A stretch of DNA of 64,000 bases, from positions 512,001 through 576,000 of the forward strand of contig CBDDCX010000008.1 of the NCBI GenBank assembly GCA_965226375.1, in the 5' to 3' direction. This stretch comes from Longimicrobiales bacterium. Its GTDB lineage: Bacteria; Gemmatimonadota; Gemmatimonadetes; Longimicrobiales; Gaopeijiaceae. Below, in pieces: positions 9,715-20,141 of the stretch; within the stretch, counting starts at the first letter, position 1, and every line of letters begins with the position of its first letter. The translations under genes and the position numbers were made by a program. The notes beneath the pieces were generated by a model that worked only from the letters and a program-made list of their open reading frames with translations, made no database searches and was not told the DNA's origin.

Positions 9715-10332
9715 TCAGCAGTTCTCTACCTCGAACGGGCCATGGCCCGATGCGGAGTGCATGAGCCCACTCCGGGAGATCCCCTGCATGAGGATGGGCC
9801 CGGCCCACGCATTCCCCGGTCTCTCGGTATTCTTCGGATCCCACGAGCCCGGCTGCTCCGCCGTGACGAACATGATGAACTTGTTGAAGACCACTTGGCC
9901 CATGAGCTCGAAGTCTTCGTCCAGCACTCCCAGTCTCACGATCGGGCTCAAGTTCGGCGGAGCAACCCACACGGTGTACTCCACCTTGGGTGGTCCCCGG
10001 AGTCCGTCGACAGCGAGGTGGACATCGTAGATGTACCGACCATCCACGGATACGGCGATGCCGAACGGTGACTGAGCGAACGTCTTGGTCACGTATCCTA
10101 CGGCCCCAGGCGCTCTACTCGTGGGCGCCATACGGATGTCGTAGTAGTCGGCAGTGGCGGCCGCATCAGGCGCCGCCATGCAGATGCGTACGACGGGATC
10201 GGGCACGTCGGCAGAAACGGGTTCTACCTGCCACAGCGGCGAGGCGAAGAAAAGCGTGCAAGCCACCAGGAGGGTCGGGACCCGGATACACGGAGCGGTC
10301 AACTCGCCCAGTAGCCGTTTACGCATCGTCAT
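9715..10332 (-). CDS. Secreted hypothetical protein
   Basis: GGAGG RBS before ATG 10332, hydrophobic N-terminus; ends 14 nt before paralog 4. Confidence 0.65.
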   Translation of the reverse strand: MTMRKRLLGELTAPCIRVPTLLVACTLFFASPLWQVEPVSADVPDPVVRICMAAPDAAATADYYDIRMAPTSRAPGAVGYVTKTFAQSPFGIAVSVDGRYIYDVHLAVDGLRGPPKVEYTVWVAPPNLSPIVRLGVLDEDFELMGQVVFNKFIMFVTAEQPGSWDPKNTERPGNAWAGPILMQGISRSGLMHSASGHGPFEVENC

Positions 10333-10428
10333 TCCTCCACAAGAAGCCACACTCAACTCCCCAAAATTACCAAGGTGACTGCAGGGCTGCAAGAGAACGC
10401 CGGGGGGATAGTCCCTGAATTCATAGGG

Positions 10429-11907
10429 TTACGAGTTCTCCGAGGTCTGAAAGAGGCGCTCGACACGCTCGGTCTGAACCGTCGGCCCCACCAACGAGAT
10501 GACCACATAAGTCAGCAGCGAAAGCGCGAGCGCGGGAAAGACCTGGTGAAGCGCCGCCGACCAGGGCGTGTATCGCCAAAGGAACAGAGGCGCCAGTCCC
10601 GCAGCGTACGAACCGATCACGGCTGCTCCGCTTCCTCTTCGCCAGTACAGCCCCAGGACGATGGCTGGAAGGAAGCAAGCACCGTACAGGCTGCCTGAGA
10701 GAGCCGTGAGGGTCACGATGCCCCCGGGCGGATTCAAGGCGATCATGGCGGTCACCAGCGCGAAGACGCCCACGTAGAAACGCGTCGCACGTAACGCCGC
10801 CGTATCGGAGCCTGCGGGTCGAAACACGCCCACGATATCCCGCTCGGTAGTCGACGCCATGACCAGGAGCACGCTGTCCAAGGACGACATGGCGGCGGCG
10901 ACCATTGCCACCAGAAGGAATGCAGCCCCCAGTGAAGAGAACACGCCCTCCGTGGCCAGCAGCGTGGGCACGACCAGGTCCGTGTCTTCGACGTTGCCCG
11001 GGATGATTCGCCGCGCATACAGGCCCACCGGAACGAGCAGGGAGTACACCGCCGCGAAGGTGAGTGTGCTCACCAGCATGCCCGTGCGTGTAGCCTGCGC
11101 GTCTTCGAGGGCGTAGAAGCGAGAGAGCTGACGTGGCTCGACGGCGAACTTGATGGTCCCGGCCACCAGGACACCGAAGAGGGTGGGCACCGCGACCCCG
11201 CCTCCCCAGGTGAAGAGGTGCGACGTCTCGGGAGCTTGACGGACGGTTTCGATGGCGCCGAGGCCGCCGGCCGCGCTCACTGTGCCCGCGAACAGCAGGA
11301 TGGCCGCCGCCGCCATCACGACGCCCTGCACGGCGTCGGTCTTCACCACGGAGATGAAACCGCCGACCGCCGTGTACAACATGACCACCACGAAGACCAG
11401 GGCGATGGACACCTTGTAGGGGATGTCCATGAACGTCTCCAGGAGATTGCCGATCCCCTTGAAGACGGCGGTCATGTAGAAGAGACTCGCGAAGAGCACG
11501 ATGATGGCTGCCAGGAACCGTGCAGCGTTGCTCTCGAAACGGAATCCGATGAAGTCGGGAACCGTAAGGGAATCCAGGGAGCGGGTGAAGGCTCTGAGCC
11601 GGGGGGCGACCACCGTCCACGCGAAGAAGGAAAAGCCCACAATGAAGGGCACGAGCAGGAGCCAAGGTGCTCCCCACGCGTGGGCCTGACCGGAGAACCC
11701 TATGAAGCTGTTGGTGCTCGAATAGGTTGCGAAGAAGGAAAGGCCGAGGACCACCCCTCCCATCCCCCGGCCTCCCACATAGTAGTCGGCCAGATCTTTC
11801 GTTTCCCTTTTTCCGGCGTAGGCGTGGAAGACCAGAAGCGCCGTGTAGAGTGCCAGCAACACATGGACGAGCCAGAACTCGCGCAGGTTGTCGAGAATCG
11901 CGCTCAC
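10429..11907 (-). CDS. Sodium:solute symporter (SSS; PutP/PanF-like)
   Basis: DYYVGGR, ATYSS..SFIG, YTAVGG..SVV.TD.VQG, AAAMSSLDS; many TM helices. Confidence 0.9.
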   Translation of the reverse strand: MSAILDNLREFWLVHVLLALYTALLVFHAYAGKRETKDLADYYVGGRGMGGVVLGLSFFATYSSTNSFIGFSGQAHAWGAPWLLLVPFIVGFSFFAWTVVAPRLRAFTRSLDSLTVPDFIGFRFESNAARFLAAIIVLFASLFYMTAVFKGIGNLLETFMDIPYKVSIALVFVVVMLYTAVGGFISVVKTDAVQGVVMAAAAILLFAGTVSAAGGLGAIETVRQAPETSHLFTWGGGVAVPTLFGVLVAGTIKFAVEPRQLSRFYALEDAQATRTGMLVSTLTFAAVYSLLVPVGLYARRIIPGNVEDTDLVVPTLLATEGVFSSLGAAFLLVAMVAAAMSSLDSVLLVMASTTERDIVGVFRPAGSDTAALRATRFYVGVFALVTAMIALNPPGGIVTLTALSGSLYGACFLPAIVLGLYWRRGSGAAVIGSYAAGLAPLFLWRYTPWSAALHQVFPALALSLLTYVVISLVGPTVQTERVERLFQTSENS

Positions 11908-13526
11908 CGCGAGTCCCCTGATGCAAACAGGGTCTTCAGGTCTTGTTTCTGCACCTTGCCCATGCTGTTACGCGGGAGTTGTTCGACGATCTTGAGGTCT
12001 CCTGGCACCTTGTACGGAGCGAGTCGGTCTCGAGCCCAGGCCAGCAGCGCCTGGACGTCGAGGGCTGTCTTGTCCACCGGAACGACGGCCCCGCAGAGGC
12101 GCTCCCCCAACTCGGGGTCGGGCACACCCACCACCGCGCAGTCTTCAATGTCCCGGTGCTCTCTCAACGTCTCCTCGACCTGTAGGGCCGACACCTTGTA
12201 GCCGCTCGTCTTGATGATGTCCACAGACAGCCGGCCGAGGAGACGGTAGTAACCGTCCTCTTCGACCGCCAGGTCTCCGGTGCGGAACCAGTCGTCCCGG
12301 AACGCCTGAGCCGTTTCTTCGGGGCGACGCCAATACTCCGAGAAGACACCTGGCCCTCGGACCTCCAGCTCCCCGGGGACACCCGGGTCCGAGACCATGA
12401 CGCCCTCGTCGTCGACACGACGTATCTCCACGGCCGGAAGGGGTTGGCCCACGTGGCCCGGCCGTCTCTCTCCCCGAAGGGGATTCGAGAGGCCCATGCC
12501 GATCTCGGTCATTCCGTACCGCTCCAGCAGCACCTGGCCGGTGACTTCCCGCCATCGCTCGAGGACGCTGATCGGGAGAGCCGCCGAGCCGGACACCATG
12601 AGACGCATCTTTCGGGCTCCTTCGCTCCACCGCTCCCGGTCCTCCGGGTCTGCTTCATCCCAGGCCCGGAGGAGCCGGACGAAGACGGTGGGCACGGCCA
12701 TGAACAGAGTGATATCACCGCGAGCGAAGCGCTCCCACGTTTCGGTGGCGTCGAAGCGGGGCAATATCTGGCAGCAGGCACCCGACCACAGGGCGCACGT
12801 GACCACATTGACGATCCCGTGCACATGATGGAGCGGCAACACGAGCAGGATGTGGTCCCTCTCGCTCCATGCCCACGCGCGGACCAGGGAGCCGACCTGC
12901 GCGTTCACGTTCGCATGAGTCGTGACCACGCCCTTCGGGCGGCCGGTGGTACCGCTGGTGTAGATCATCAGGGCTCGCCGGTTCTCGGAAACCTCGAGAG
13001 GGTCTGATCCGTCCGGGCGAGCATGGGTTGCCTCCGCCGCATCGTTGGATACCACCGTGGCACACAGCTCTCCCGAGTCCAGGACGGGCAGTCCTCTCTG
13101 CTTGGCAAGCGTAACCACTCGCTCGGCCAGCGACGGATGTACTACCACCGCCGCGGGCTCGGCGTCGTCGAGCACGTAGGCCAACTCGGGTGTCGGGTGC
13201 GAGATCGCCAGCGGGACGGCGACGCCTCCTGCTCGCCAGATTCCCCACTGAACCGCCACGTGCTCGAACCCGGGCGGGATCAGGTAGGCGATCCGGGCCT
13301 CCGTGAGATCTCTAACGCCACGAGGGGCCAACTCTCCAACGGGCGCCGGCAGGCCCGGGACGGTCGTCAACAGACGGTCGGCAACATGGTGGGACGCCGA
13401 GAGCAAATCCCCGTACGTGAAGACGCCTTCGGGACCGAGGATAGCGATCCGGTCGCCGTGAGCGCGTGCCCGGCGGACGAGCGTAGGTTCCTGCGACGGA
13501 GACATGTGTGGCGGGTTCGAGATCAT
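11904..13526 (-). CDS. Acyl-CoA synthetase, malonyl-CoA synthetase (MatB/ACSF3)-like
   Basis: YTSGTTGRPKG, LPLHHVHG, ERYGMTE, FRTGD, PRNSMGKVQK. Confidence 0.85.
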   Translation of the reverse strand: MISNPPHMSPSQEPTLVRRARAHGDRIAILGPEGVFTYGDLLSASHHVADRLLTTVPGLPAPVGELAPRGVRDLTEARIAYLIPPGFEHVAVQWGIWRAGGVAVPLAISHPTPELAYVLDDAEPAAVVVHPSLAERVVTLAKQRGLPVLDSGELCATVVSNDAAEATHARPDGSDPLEVSENRRALMIYTSGTTGRPKGVVTTHANVNAQVGSLVRAWAWSERDHILLVLPLHHVHGIVNVVTCALWSGACCQILPRFDATETWERFARGDITLFMAVPTVFVRLLRAWDEADPEDRERWSEGARKMRLMVSGSAALPISVLERWREVTGQVLLERYGMTEIGMGLSNPLRGERRPGHVGQPLPAVEIRRVDDEGVMVSDPGVPGELEVRGPGVFSEYWRRPEETAQAFRDDWFRTGDLAVEEDGYYRLLGRLSVDIIKTSGYKVSALQVEETLREHRDIEDCAVVGVPDPELGERLCGAVVPVDKTALDVQALLAWARDRLAPYKVPGDLKIVEQLPRNSMGKVQKQDLKTLFASGDSR

Positions 13527-13564
13527 CGGAGGCCGAAGCTAGGGTCCGATGTCCCACGCGGCCA

Positions 13565-14599
13565 TCACATGGCGGTGTGGGCCAGGTTCCTCCTCCACCG
13601 GCGGCCGCCGAGCAGGCCCGGAACGGTGGAGTCCTCAGCGATCGACGACCTTCCACCACCGCGCCAGTCCGACATGACCGACACGTTGAGCGCGCCGAGG
13701 AGCCCATCTATCGCGTGCCGACCCCGGCCCAGGGCGAACCGATAGAGCTTCCTGAACAGAAACCGTGACGTTCCCCCGAGCGCCCCTCCACCCAGGAGAC
13801 CCAGCGCACCCACCAGTGGCACGAGTCCTAGTGTGCCCAGGCCCAAGGCCGTGGCCACAGCCACTCCCCCTCCGACCCCCCCCGCCAGCCCGCCGAATCC
13901 GGCAGCGGCACCCGTCAGGGTCCCGAAGATTCCGCCGGCGATTCGCTGTCCGGCTCGCAGCGGACATCGTACGACGACCCGACAGGACTCTTCATCCACC
14001 GGATGGATGGAGACCATGATCTGCTTGATGCCCGGGTGGGACATGTCGTGCTCAAAGGGGGTGTAGCTCAGGGGCATGGCGGCAGGCACGTCAAAGACCA
14101 TGACACCCCCGTCCGACATGTCGCCCTGGATGTCACGTACCGCGAGATTATAGGGCGCGTTCGGAAAAACGCCCTGCATGGTCTCGTAAATGGCATCGGG
14201 GGTTGCTGCCATGATCCGCTGGACCTCGAGGAACTCCGGAGGGCTCCCGAGCAACCTCTCCGCGACCCTGTTCAGCACGGACCTCTCGTGATGCCCGACG
14301 GCATTTTGTGCAGTGACCTCTGCGAGGGCCGCATCCACGAACTCCCCGGCGATGCCGGCCTCCTCCGCGGCCTGCCGCACATGATCCAGGGCATATCCTG
14401 CAGTGTCCGGTTCAGAGACATCGGGTTCAGCCTCGAGCAGAGACGTCTTTTCGATTCGCCGGGCCGCCTCAGACTGCAACTCTGCCGCCCGCTGCCACAG
14501 ACGGGCCGCCATCTCCTCGCTCAAACGCTGTTGTTCGTCGTTGCTCATTTCACACTGCGCATGGTCGCCGGGACTCCGTTCCGCAGATTCTGTCTCCAA
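13565..14599 (-). CDS. Hypothetical membrane protein
   Basis: 344-aa ORF with helical N-terminus (RAAELQ...AAEEAGI) and Gly-rich TM hairpin; start uncertain. Confidence 0.6.
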   Translation of the reverse strand: METESAERSPGDHAQCEMSNDEQQRLSEEMAARLWQRAAELQSEAARRIEKTSLLEAEPDVSEPDTAGYALDHVRQAAEEAGIAGEFVDAALAEVTAQNAVGHHERSVLNRVAERLLGSPPEFLEVQRIMAATPDAIYETMQGVFPNAPYNLAVRDIQGDMSDGGVMVFDVPAAMPLSYTPFEHDMSHPGIKQIMVSIHPVDEESCRVVVRCPLRAGQRIAGGIFGTLTGAAAGFGGLAGGVGGGVAVATALGLGTLGLVPLVGALGLLGGGALGGTSRFLFRKLYRFALGRGRHAIDGLLGALNVSVMSDWRGGGRSSIAEDSTVPGLLGGRRWRRNLAHTAM

Positions 14600-14750
14600 G
14601 CAAGATACGTGGAAGCCTTCTCACAAATTCCTATTACCGCAGGCGCTTCCGGAAGCAGTATACGTATAGTTGTATCGTGACCATACGTACGCCCCCGGTT
14701 CACACGTACGACCCACCCCAACACCCTCCCGCCCCAGCCTGCGCGAAAAG

Positions 14751-14907
14751 GGGAGTAGGGTGATCCGCCATCGGAATGTTGGGGGAGCGAGGCGCCGTGA
14801 CCTCTCCCGGACCCGTCTGCCGCGAAGCGGTGGTAGCGTAGCGGGGTTCGGGAGAGGTCACGGCGCCTCACTCCCGTCCACCACGAGTGAAGGATCACCC
14901 GACTCCC
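14751..14907 (-). repeat. Structured palindromic element, copy A
   Basis: 16-bp outer stem and 32-bp inner stem; 57-nt core 53/57 identical to the element at 41569-41724. Confidence 0.85.
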
Positions 14908-14912
14908 AGCGA

Positions 14913-15503
14913 CTAATCCGCGCCCTCGAAGAACGGGTTCTCTCCGGACGCGTGGTCCGTCACGTCGTGGATGACCGTGATCTCCGGAACCGCCTGGCGC
15001 ACCATGCGCTCCACGCCCTGACGGAGCGTCATGCGTGACATGGCGCATCCCTGGCAGCCGCCGCCCATCTCCAGGTAGATCTCGGTGTCTTGGACGTCTA
15101 CCAGGGTGATGACGCCGCCGTGTGAGGCGATGGCGGGGTTGATCTGGTCCTCGAGGATCTCGCGGACCTTCTGCGCCAAGGCGCCTGTGGGCGTGGTGGC
15201 GGGGGTGGTGGGGCCGGCCGCCAGCCGTACCTCGAATCCGCTTTCGTTCACCCTCTCGACGAAGTCCACCGTGGCATCTTCTAGACGCGGAGCCGTCCCC
15301 TCGTTGACCACGATCGTGAGACCGCTCACATCCAACTCGATCTCGTCGCCGTGAATCTCGTCGGATCCCACCAGGGTCAGCTCGAACTCGGGCGCTGAAG
15401 GAGTGCCACCGGAGACGGCGATTCGCAGTGCCGTGAGCTCACCGCCGCTCTGGTCCAAGTAGCTGCGCACCATTTCGAGGGCTCTGTCCGTCAGCGTCAT
15501 CAT
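14913..15503 (-). CDS. nfuA: Fe-S biogenesis protein, NfuA-like
   Basis: Cys-less A-type-carrier N-domain plus NifU domain (INPAIASHGG, GGCQGC, DVTDH..GENPF). Confidence 0.85.
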   Translation of the reverse strand: MMTLTDRALEMVRSYLDQSGGELTALRIAVSGGTPSAPEFELTLVGSDEIHGDEIELDVSGLTIVVNEGTAPRLEDATVDFVERVNESGFEVRLAAGPTTPATTPTGALAQKVREILEDQINPAIASHGGVITLVDVQDTEIYLEMGGGCQGCAMSRMTLRQGVERMVRQAVPEITVIHDVTDHASGENPFFEGAD

Positions 15504-15706
15504 CGAAGAACACTCCTGCCGGTTACGGATCCGGGCTTTCCGGGTTGGGTCGGCGCGGTATACCCGCGAATCTTTCCGGGGTTCTCCTGTCGGTTGATGA
15601 GGCGAGGGGGCGTGTCTAGCTTCCACCTCCTCGCAGGACCACCGCCGCGCCTATCGGATCGACCCAACGTCTTGGTGGCTCGCGAACTTCGGAAACGGAA
15701 CAGTAG

Positions 15707-17029
15707 ATGGCCGACGCTCAATTGATGGATAAGCTCACGTCCCTGGCCAAGCGCCGGGGATTCATCTTCCAGTCCTCCGAGATCTATGGAGGAACGGGTG
15801 CCGTTTGGGACTACGGACCCCTAGGAGTCGAGCTCAAGCGCAACGTCAAAGATCGCTGGTGGAGCACCATGGTCCATCAGCGCGACGACGTCGAGGGACT
15901 GGATGCCTCCATCCTGATGAATCCCAAGGTATGGGAGGCTTCGGGCCATGTGGACGGATTCACGGACCCGCTGGTCGAGTGCTCGGCCTGTCACCGGCGT
16001 TTCCGGGCCGATCTCCCCGAGGTGGAGAACGGACAATGTCCCACGTGCGGGACCAAGGAAGCGTTCGGTGAGCCGCGCTTGTTCAACCTCATGTTCAAGA
16101 CCTTCATGGGGCCGGTCGAGGAAGACGCGGCCGTCATCTACCTTCGCCCAGAGACGGCTCAGGGGTCGTACGTCAACTTCCTGAACGTGCAGACGTCGTC
16201 GCGGCAGAAGATCCCTTTCGGGATCGCCCAGATCGGGAAGGCGTTCCGGAACGAGATCACGCCCGGAAACTTCATCTTCCGGACCCGCGAGTTCGAACAG
16301 ATGGAGCTTCAGTTCTTCGTGGAGCCCGGTGAGGACGACGAGTGGTTAGATTACTGGATGCACGCGCGCATGGATTGGCACCTCTCCCTCGGGATCCGCA
16401 AGGAAAAACTCCGCTTCCACGAACATGGACCCGACGAGCTGGCCCACTATGCGAAGAAGGCCTTCGACATCGAGTACGAGTATCCCTTCGGCTGGAAGGA
16501 GTTCGAGGGCATCCACAACCGGACCGACTTCGATCTCTCGCGTCATCAGGAACACTCCGGCAAGAGGCTGGAGTACATCGATCCGGCCGAGGGCAAGAGG
16601 TTTGTGCCGTACGTGGTGGAGACGGCGGTTGGGGTGGACCGGACCGTTCTCGTGGCTCTGGTGGACGCCTACCGTGAGGAAGAGATCGAAGGTGACACGA
16701 GAGTGCTGCTGGCCCTGGATCCGGGATTGGCGCCGATCAAGGTTGCCGTGTTCCCCTTGGTAAAGAAGGATGGTCTCCCCGAGGTCGCCAAGAAGCTCGA
16801 TGCCGATCTTCGCGGGGCTGCGATTCCGTCGTTCTATGACGCCGCTGGGTCGATCGGGAAGCGCTACAGACGGCAGGATGAAGCGGGGACTCCGTGGTGC
16901 GTTACGGTGGACGGGCAGACCCTGGAAGACGGCACCGTCACCGTGCGTGACCGGGACACGCTGGAGCAAGTGCGCGTGAGTGCCGAGTCGGTGCCGGAAT
17001 GGGTGCGAGGACGGCTGTCCGGATCCTGA
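15707..17029 (+). CDS. glyQS: Glycine--tRNA ligase (alpha2 type)
   Basis: YLRPETAQG, FRNEITPGNFIFRTREFEQME, SIGKRYRRQDEAGTP. Confidence 0.95.
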   Translation: MADAQLMDKLTSLAKRRGFIFQSSEIYGGTGAVWDYGPLGVELKRNVKDRWWSTMVHQRDDVEGLDASILMNPKVWEASGHVDGFTDPLVECSACHRRFRADLPEVENGQCPTCGTKEAFGEPRLFNLMFKTFMGPVEEDAAVIYLRPETAQGSYVNFLNVQTSSRQKIPFGIAQIGKAFRNEITPGNFIFRTREFEQMELQFFVEPGEDDEWLDYWMHARMDWHLSLGIRKEKLRFHEHGPDELAHYAKKAFDIEYEYPFGWKEFEGIHNRTDFDLSRHQEHSGKRLEYIDPAEGKRFVPYVVETAVGVDRTVLVALVDAYREEEIEGDTRVLLALDPGLAPIKVAVFPLVKKDGLPEVAKKLDADLRGAAIPSFYDAAGSIGKRYRRQDEAGTPWCVTVDGQTLEDGTVTVRDRDTLEQVRVSAESVPEWVRGRLSGS

Positions 17030-17149
17030 CCGGACTCCTGTCAGGAGTGGACGGGTCGACGAAGGGCGCTCCGGCTCCCATGTTACCCGCTTGCTCGGAG
17101 AGGGCCTGGGCGCGCTAGAGGGCTCTTCAACCTGAATCCGGAGGCGTCG

Positions 17150-18694
17150 TTGTCTTCCAAGTCCGAAGTCTTCAGTTCTCGCTGGGGCATGCTCCTGGCC
17201 ATGCTGGGCATGGCCGTGGGCACCGGAAATATCTGGCGCTTCCCCCGTATCGCCGCGTCGAACGGTGGCGGGTCGTTCCTGGTGGCTTGGGTGGTCTTTC
17301 TCCTGCTCTGGTCGGTCCCTCTGCTGATCCTGGAGTTCGGGATGGGCAAGGCCACCCGGTCGGGCACGATCGGGGCGTTCGTGAAGACCATCGGGCCCAA
17401 GTTCGCCTGGATGGGTGCATGGGTGGCCTTCGTTGCCACCGCCATCATGTTCTACTACAGCGTTGTCATGGGATGGACCATCCGGTTCTTCCTGGCGGCG
17501 ATTATGGGAGACATCCCGTCGGCCGTTCCCGAGGCGTTCTGGGATGGCTTCGCGGGTACGCCTTGGGCTCTCGTAACGCACGTGGTTGCCATGGGGCTGG
17601 GGTTATTCGTGGTGTCCAAGGGAGTGAAGGGCATCGAGACGGCAGCCAAGATCCTGATCCCCAGCCTAATTATTCTGGTCGTCATTCTGGCCATTCGGGC
17701 GGTGACGTTGCCGGGAGCGTCCGCCGGCCTGGCATTCCTCTTCACGCCGCACTGGGCCGATCTTGCAGACTCCAAGATCTGGCTCGAGGCGCTGACCCAG
17801 AATGCATGGGACACGGGCGCCGGGTGGGGTCTGGTCCTGACGTACGCCATCTACATGAGGAGCCAGGAAGACACCGCCCTCAACGCCTTCGTGATCGGCT
17901 TCGGCAACAACTCCATGTCGCTCTTGGCCGGCATCATGGTGCTGGCGACCGTGTTTTCCGTAATGCCCGACGCTGCCGATCAGATCGTGGGCGCGGGCAA
18001 CGAGGGGCTGACCTTCATTTGGGTCCCCCAGCTGTTCGCGCTCATTCCGGGTGGGCGCTTCTTCATGTCGCTCTTCTTCCTGGCTCTCGTGTTCGCCGCC
18101 TGGACGTCACTCGTGGCCATGATCGAGCTCGCCAGCCGGATTCTGATCGATCTGGGCATGACCCGCGGCCGGGCCATCACTTTGGTAGGGACCGCAGGGA
18201 TACTTTTCGGCGCACCCAGCGCACTCAACTGGTCAGACACAGCAGGAGCCGGGCCGTTCTTCGCCAACCAGGACTGGGTGTGGGGTGTGGGGCTGATGCT
18301 CTCGGGCTTCTTCTTCGCGTTCGCCGTTCTTAAGTACGGCGTCACGCGGTGGAGAGAGCAGTTCATCAACACGGGCGACTCGGACATCCATATCGGAGCC
18401 TGGTGGGACTGGACAATCCGCTTGGTGATCGTCGAGTCGATCATTCTCATGGGCTGGTGGTTGTACCAGGCTCAAGGGGGGTCGTTCGTCGAGACATGGA
18501 CCCTGTTCTCCGCTTTCAACGTGGGCTCGGTCCTGATCCAGTGGGTGATCGCTCTCGGCCTCCTCTATTTCCTGAACGGCTGGTTGGTGGCGCGGCTTCC
18601 GGGTGCAGCCCTCGCGACCGAAGCGGGCACCGGTGGCCCTGGTCCGGTCGGGGATAGCCCGGATGCCGGTGGTGGAGGCCCGGAGGTCGGGTAG
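17150..18694 (+). CDS. Sodium-dependent transporter (NSS/SNF family)
   Basis: F.SRWG...GMAVGTGNIWRFP, GLTFIW.PQLF. Confidence 0.9.
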   Translation: MSSKSEVFSSRWGMLLAMLGMAVGTGNIWRFPRIAASNGGGSFLVAWVVFLLLWSVPLLILEFGMGKATRSGTIGAFVKTIGPKFAWMGAWVAFVATAIMFYYSVVMGWTIRFFLAAIMGDIPSAVPEAFWDGFAGTPWALVTHVVAMGLGLFVVSKGVKGIETAAKILIPSLIILVVILAIRAVTLPGASAGLAFLFTPHWADLADSKIWLEALTQNAWDTGAGWGLVLTYAIYMRSQEDTALNAFVIGFGNNSMSLLAGIMVLATVFSVMPDAADQIVGAGNEGLTFIWVPQLFALIPGGRFFMSLFFLALVFAAWTSLVAMIELASRILIDLGMTRGRAITLVGTAGILFGAPSALNWSDTAGAGPFFANQDWVWGVGLMLSGFFFAFAVLKYGVTRWREQFINTGDSDIHIGAWWDWTIRLVIVESIILMGWWLYQAQGGSFVETWTLFSAFNVGSVLIQWVIALGLLYFLNGWLVARLPGAALATEAGTGGPGPVGDSPDAGGGGPEVG

Positions 18695-18711
18695 GCCGGG
18701 CTTCGGCACTC

Positions 18712-19362
18712 ATGGCGAGGGAGTCCAGGAAGGCTAAGACGGAACGCGCAGCGGAGGTCTTCTCCCTGCTGGTGAACGAGTATCCGGATGCCCATTGTGC
18801 GCTCGATCATCTCGGCGCCTACCAGCTCGGTGTCGCGACCATCCTCTCTGCCCAGACCACGGACGAGCGGGTCAACATGGTCACGCCGGCTCTGTTCGAG
18901 CGGTACCCCACGCCCCGGGATCTGGCGAGCGCCGACCAGGCAGACGTAGAGGAGATCATCCGCTCCACCGGGTTCTTCAGAAACAAGGCCAAGAACATCA
19001 TCGGTTTTGCCCTCGGTGTGACCGAGGAGCACAACGGCGAGGTTCCCCGCACCATGGCGGATCTCAACGCGCTGCCCGGCGTCGGACGAAAGACCGCCAA
19101 CGTCATATTGGGCAATGCTTTCGGGATCGATGAGGGTGTGGTGGTAGACACGCACGTCAAGCGTATCTCGAGCCTGCTCGGATTCACTCAGGAGAAGACA
19201 CCGGAGAAGATCGAGCAGGATCTCATGGGACTCTTTCCCAGGGATAGGTGGACACTGCTTTCCCATCTCGTGATCTTCCACGGCCGGCAGGTGTGTGACG
19301 CCAGGAAACCGCGCTGCGAGGCGTGCTCCCTTTCCCACCTGTGCCCGTCGTCTAGAGTCTGA
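18712..19362 (+). CDS. nth: Endonuclease III
   Basis: LSAQTTD, LPGVGRKTAN, VDTHV and a C-x6-C-x2-C-x5-C Fe-S motif. Confidence 0.95.
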   Translation: MARESRKAKTERAAEVFSLLVNEYPDAHCALDHLGAYQLGVATILSAQTTDERVNMVTPALFERYPTPRDLASADQADVEEIIRSTGFFRNKAKNIIGFALGVTEEHNGEVPRTMADLNALPGVGRKTANVILGNAFGIDEGVVVDTHVKRISSLLGFTQEKTPEKIEQDLMGLFPRDRWTLLSHLVIFHGRQVCDARKPRCEACSLSHLCPSSRV

Positions 19363-19574
19363 CAAACGGGCCATGGGCCTCCGGCAAGAAATGGAGAACT
19401 CGGGCGTAGGAGTTAGTCGACCGGGATGTCGGAGTCAGTCGGCCTGCTTGACCCGTGCGGCTCGACGGTGGGAGCTTTGGAATGGGCCAGGGCGCCCCAT
19501 CGGCTTATGCACCCCGGGAACTGTTTCCCCATGACCCTCGATTGGACCACTGGGAGTACACGTTGAGCGAAACA

Positions 19575-20141
19575 ATGCCCGACCGGGCCGACGCGCTGGC
19601 GCTCCTCGAGAGCTGGGTAGAGAACGAAGGGCTCAGAAAGCACATGCTGGGCGTGGAGGCCACGGTGCGTCACTACGCCCGTATGCACGACGAGGACGAA
19701 GATCTGTGGGGCATGACCGGACTACTTCACGACCTGGATTGGGAAAGGTACCCGGACGAGCATCCGCATCGAGGGCTGAGGGAGCTCGAGGAACGAGGTT
19801 ATCCGATGGAGATCATTCGTGCGGTGGAGACACACGCACCCAACCGCACGGGCAAGGAGCCCGAGTCTCTTCTCGAGCGTGTTTTGTTCGCCTGTGACGA
19901 GCTCTCCGGACTCGTCTATGCGTGCTGCCTGGTCAGGCCCAACGGAATCGACGACCTGAGCCCCAAGTCGGTGACCAAGAAGCTGAAGGACAAGGCGTTC
20001 GCCGCCGGAGTCGACCGTGACGACGTTGCGCGCGGTGTGGAGCTTCTGGGAATCGAGCGGGCGGAGCACATCCAGAACGTTATCGACGGGATGAGGACCA
20101 TCGGCGACGTTCTGGGGATCCGAGCGGAGGACAAGGTCTAG
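19575..20141 (+). CDS. HD-domain phosphohydrolase
   Basis: LRKHML, GLLHDLD, LFACDELSG, KKLKDKAFAAGV.R. Confidence 0.85.
   Translation: MPDRADALALLESWVENEGLRKHMLGVEATVRHYARMHDEDEDLWGMTGLLHDLDWERYPDEHPHRGLRELEERGYPMEIIRAVETHAPNRTGKEPESLLERVLFACDELSGLVYACCLVRPNGIDDLSPKSVTKKLKDKAFAAGVDRDDVARGVELLGIERAEHIQNVIDGMRTIGDVLGIRAEDKV

Noticed and set aside
10421..11926. 501-aa same-strand alternative frame over the SSS gene
   Set aside because: Arg/Gly/Pro-rich off-frame composition with no recognisable domain.
19363..19574. Possible ncRNA between nth and the HD gene
   Set aside because: No recognisable motif or convincing stem structure.
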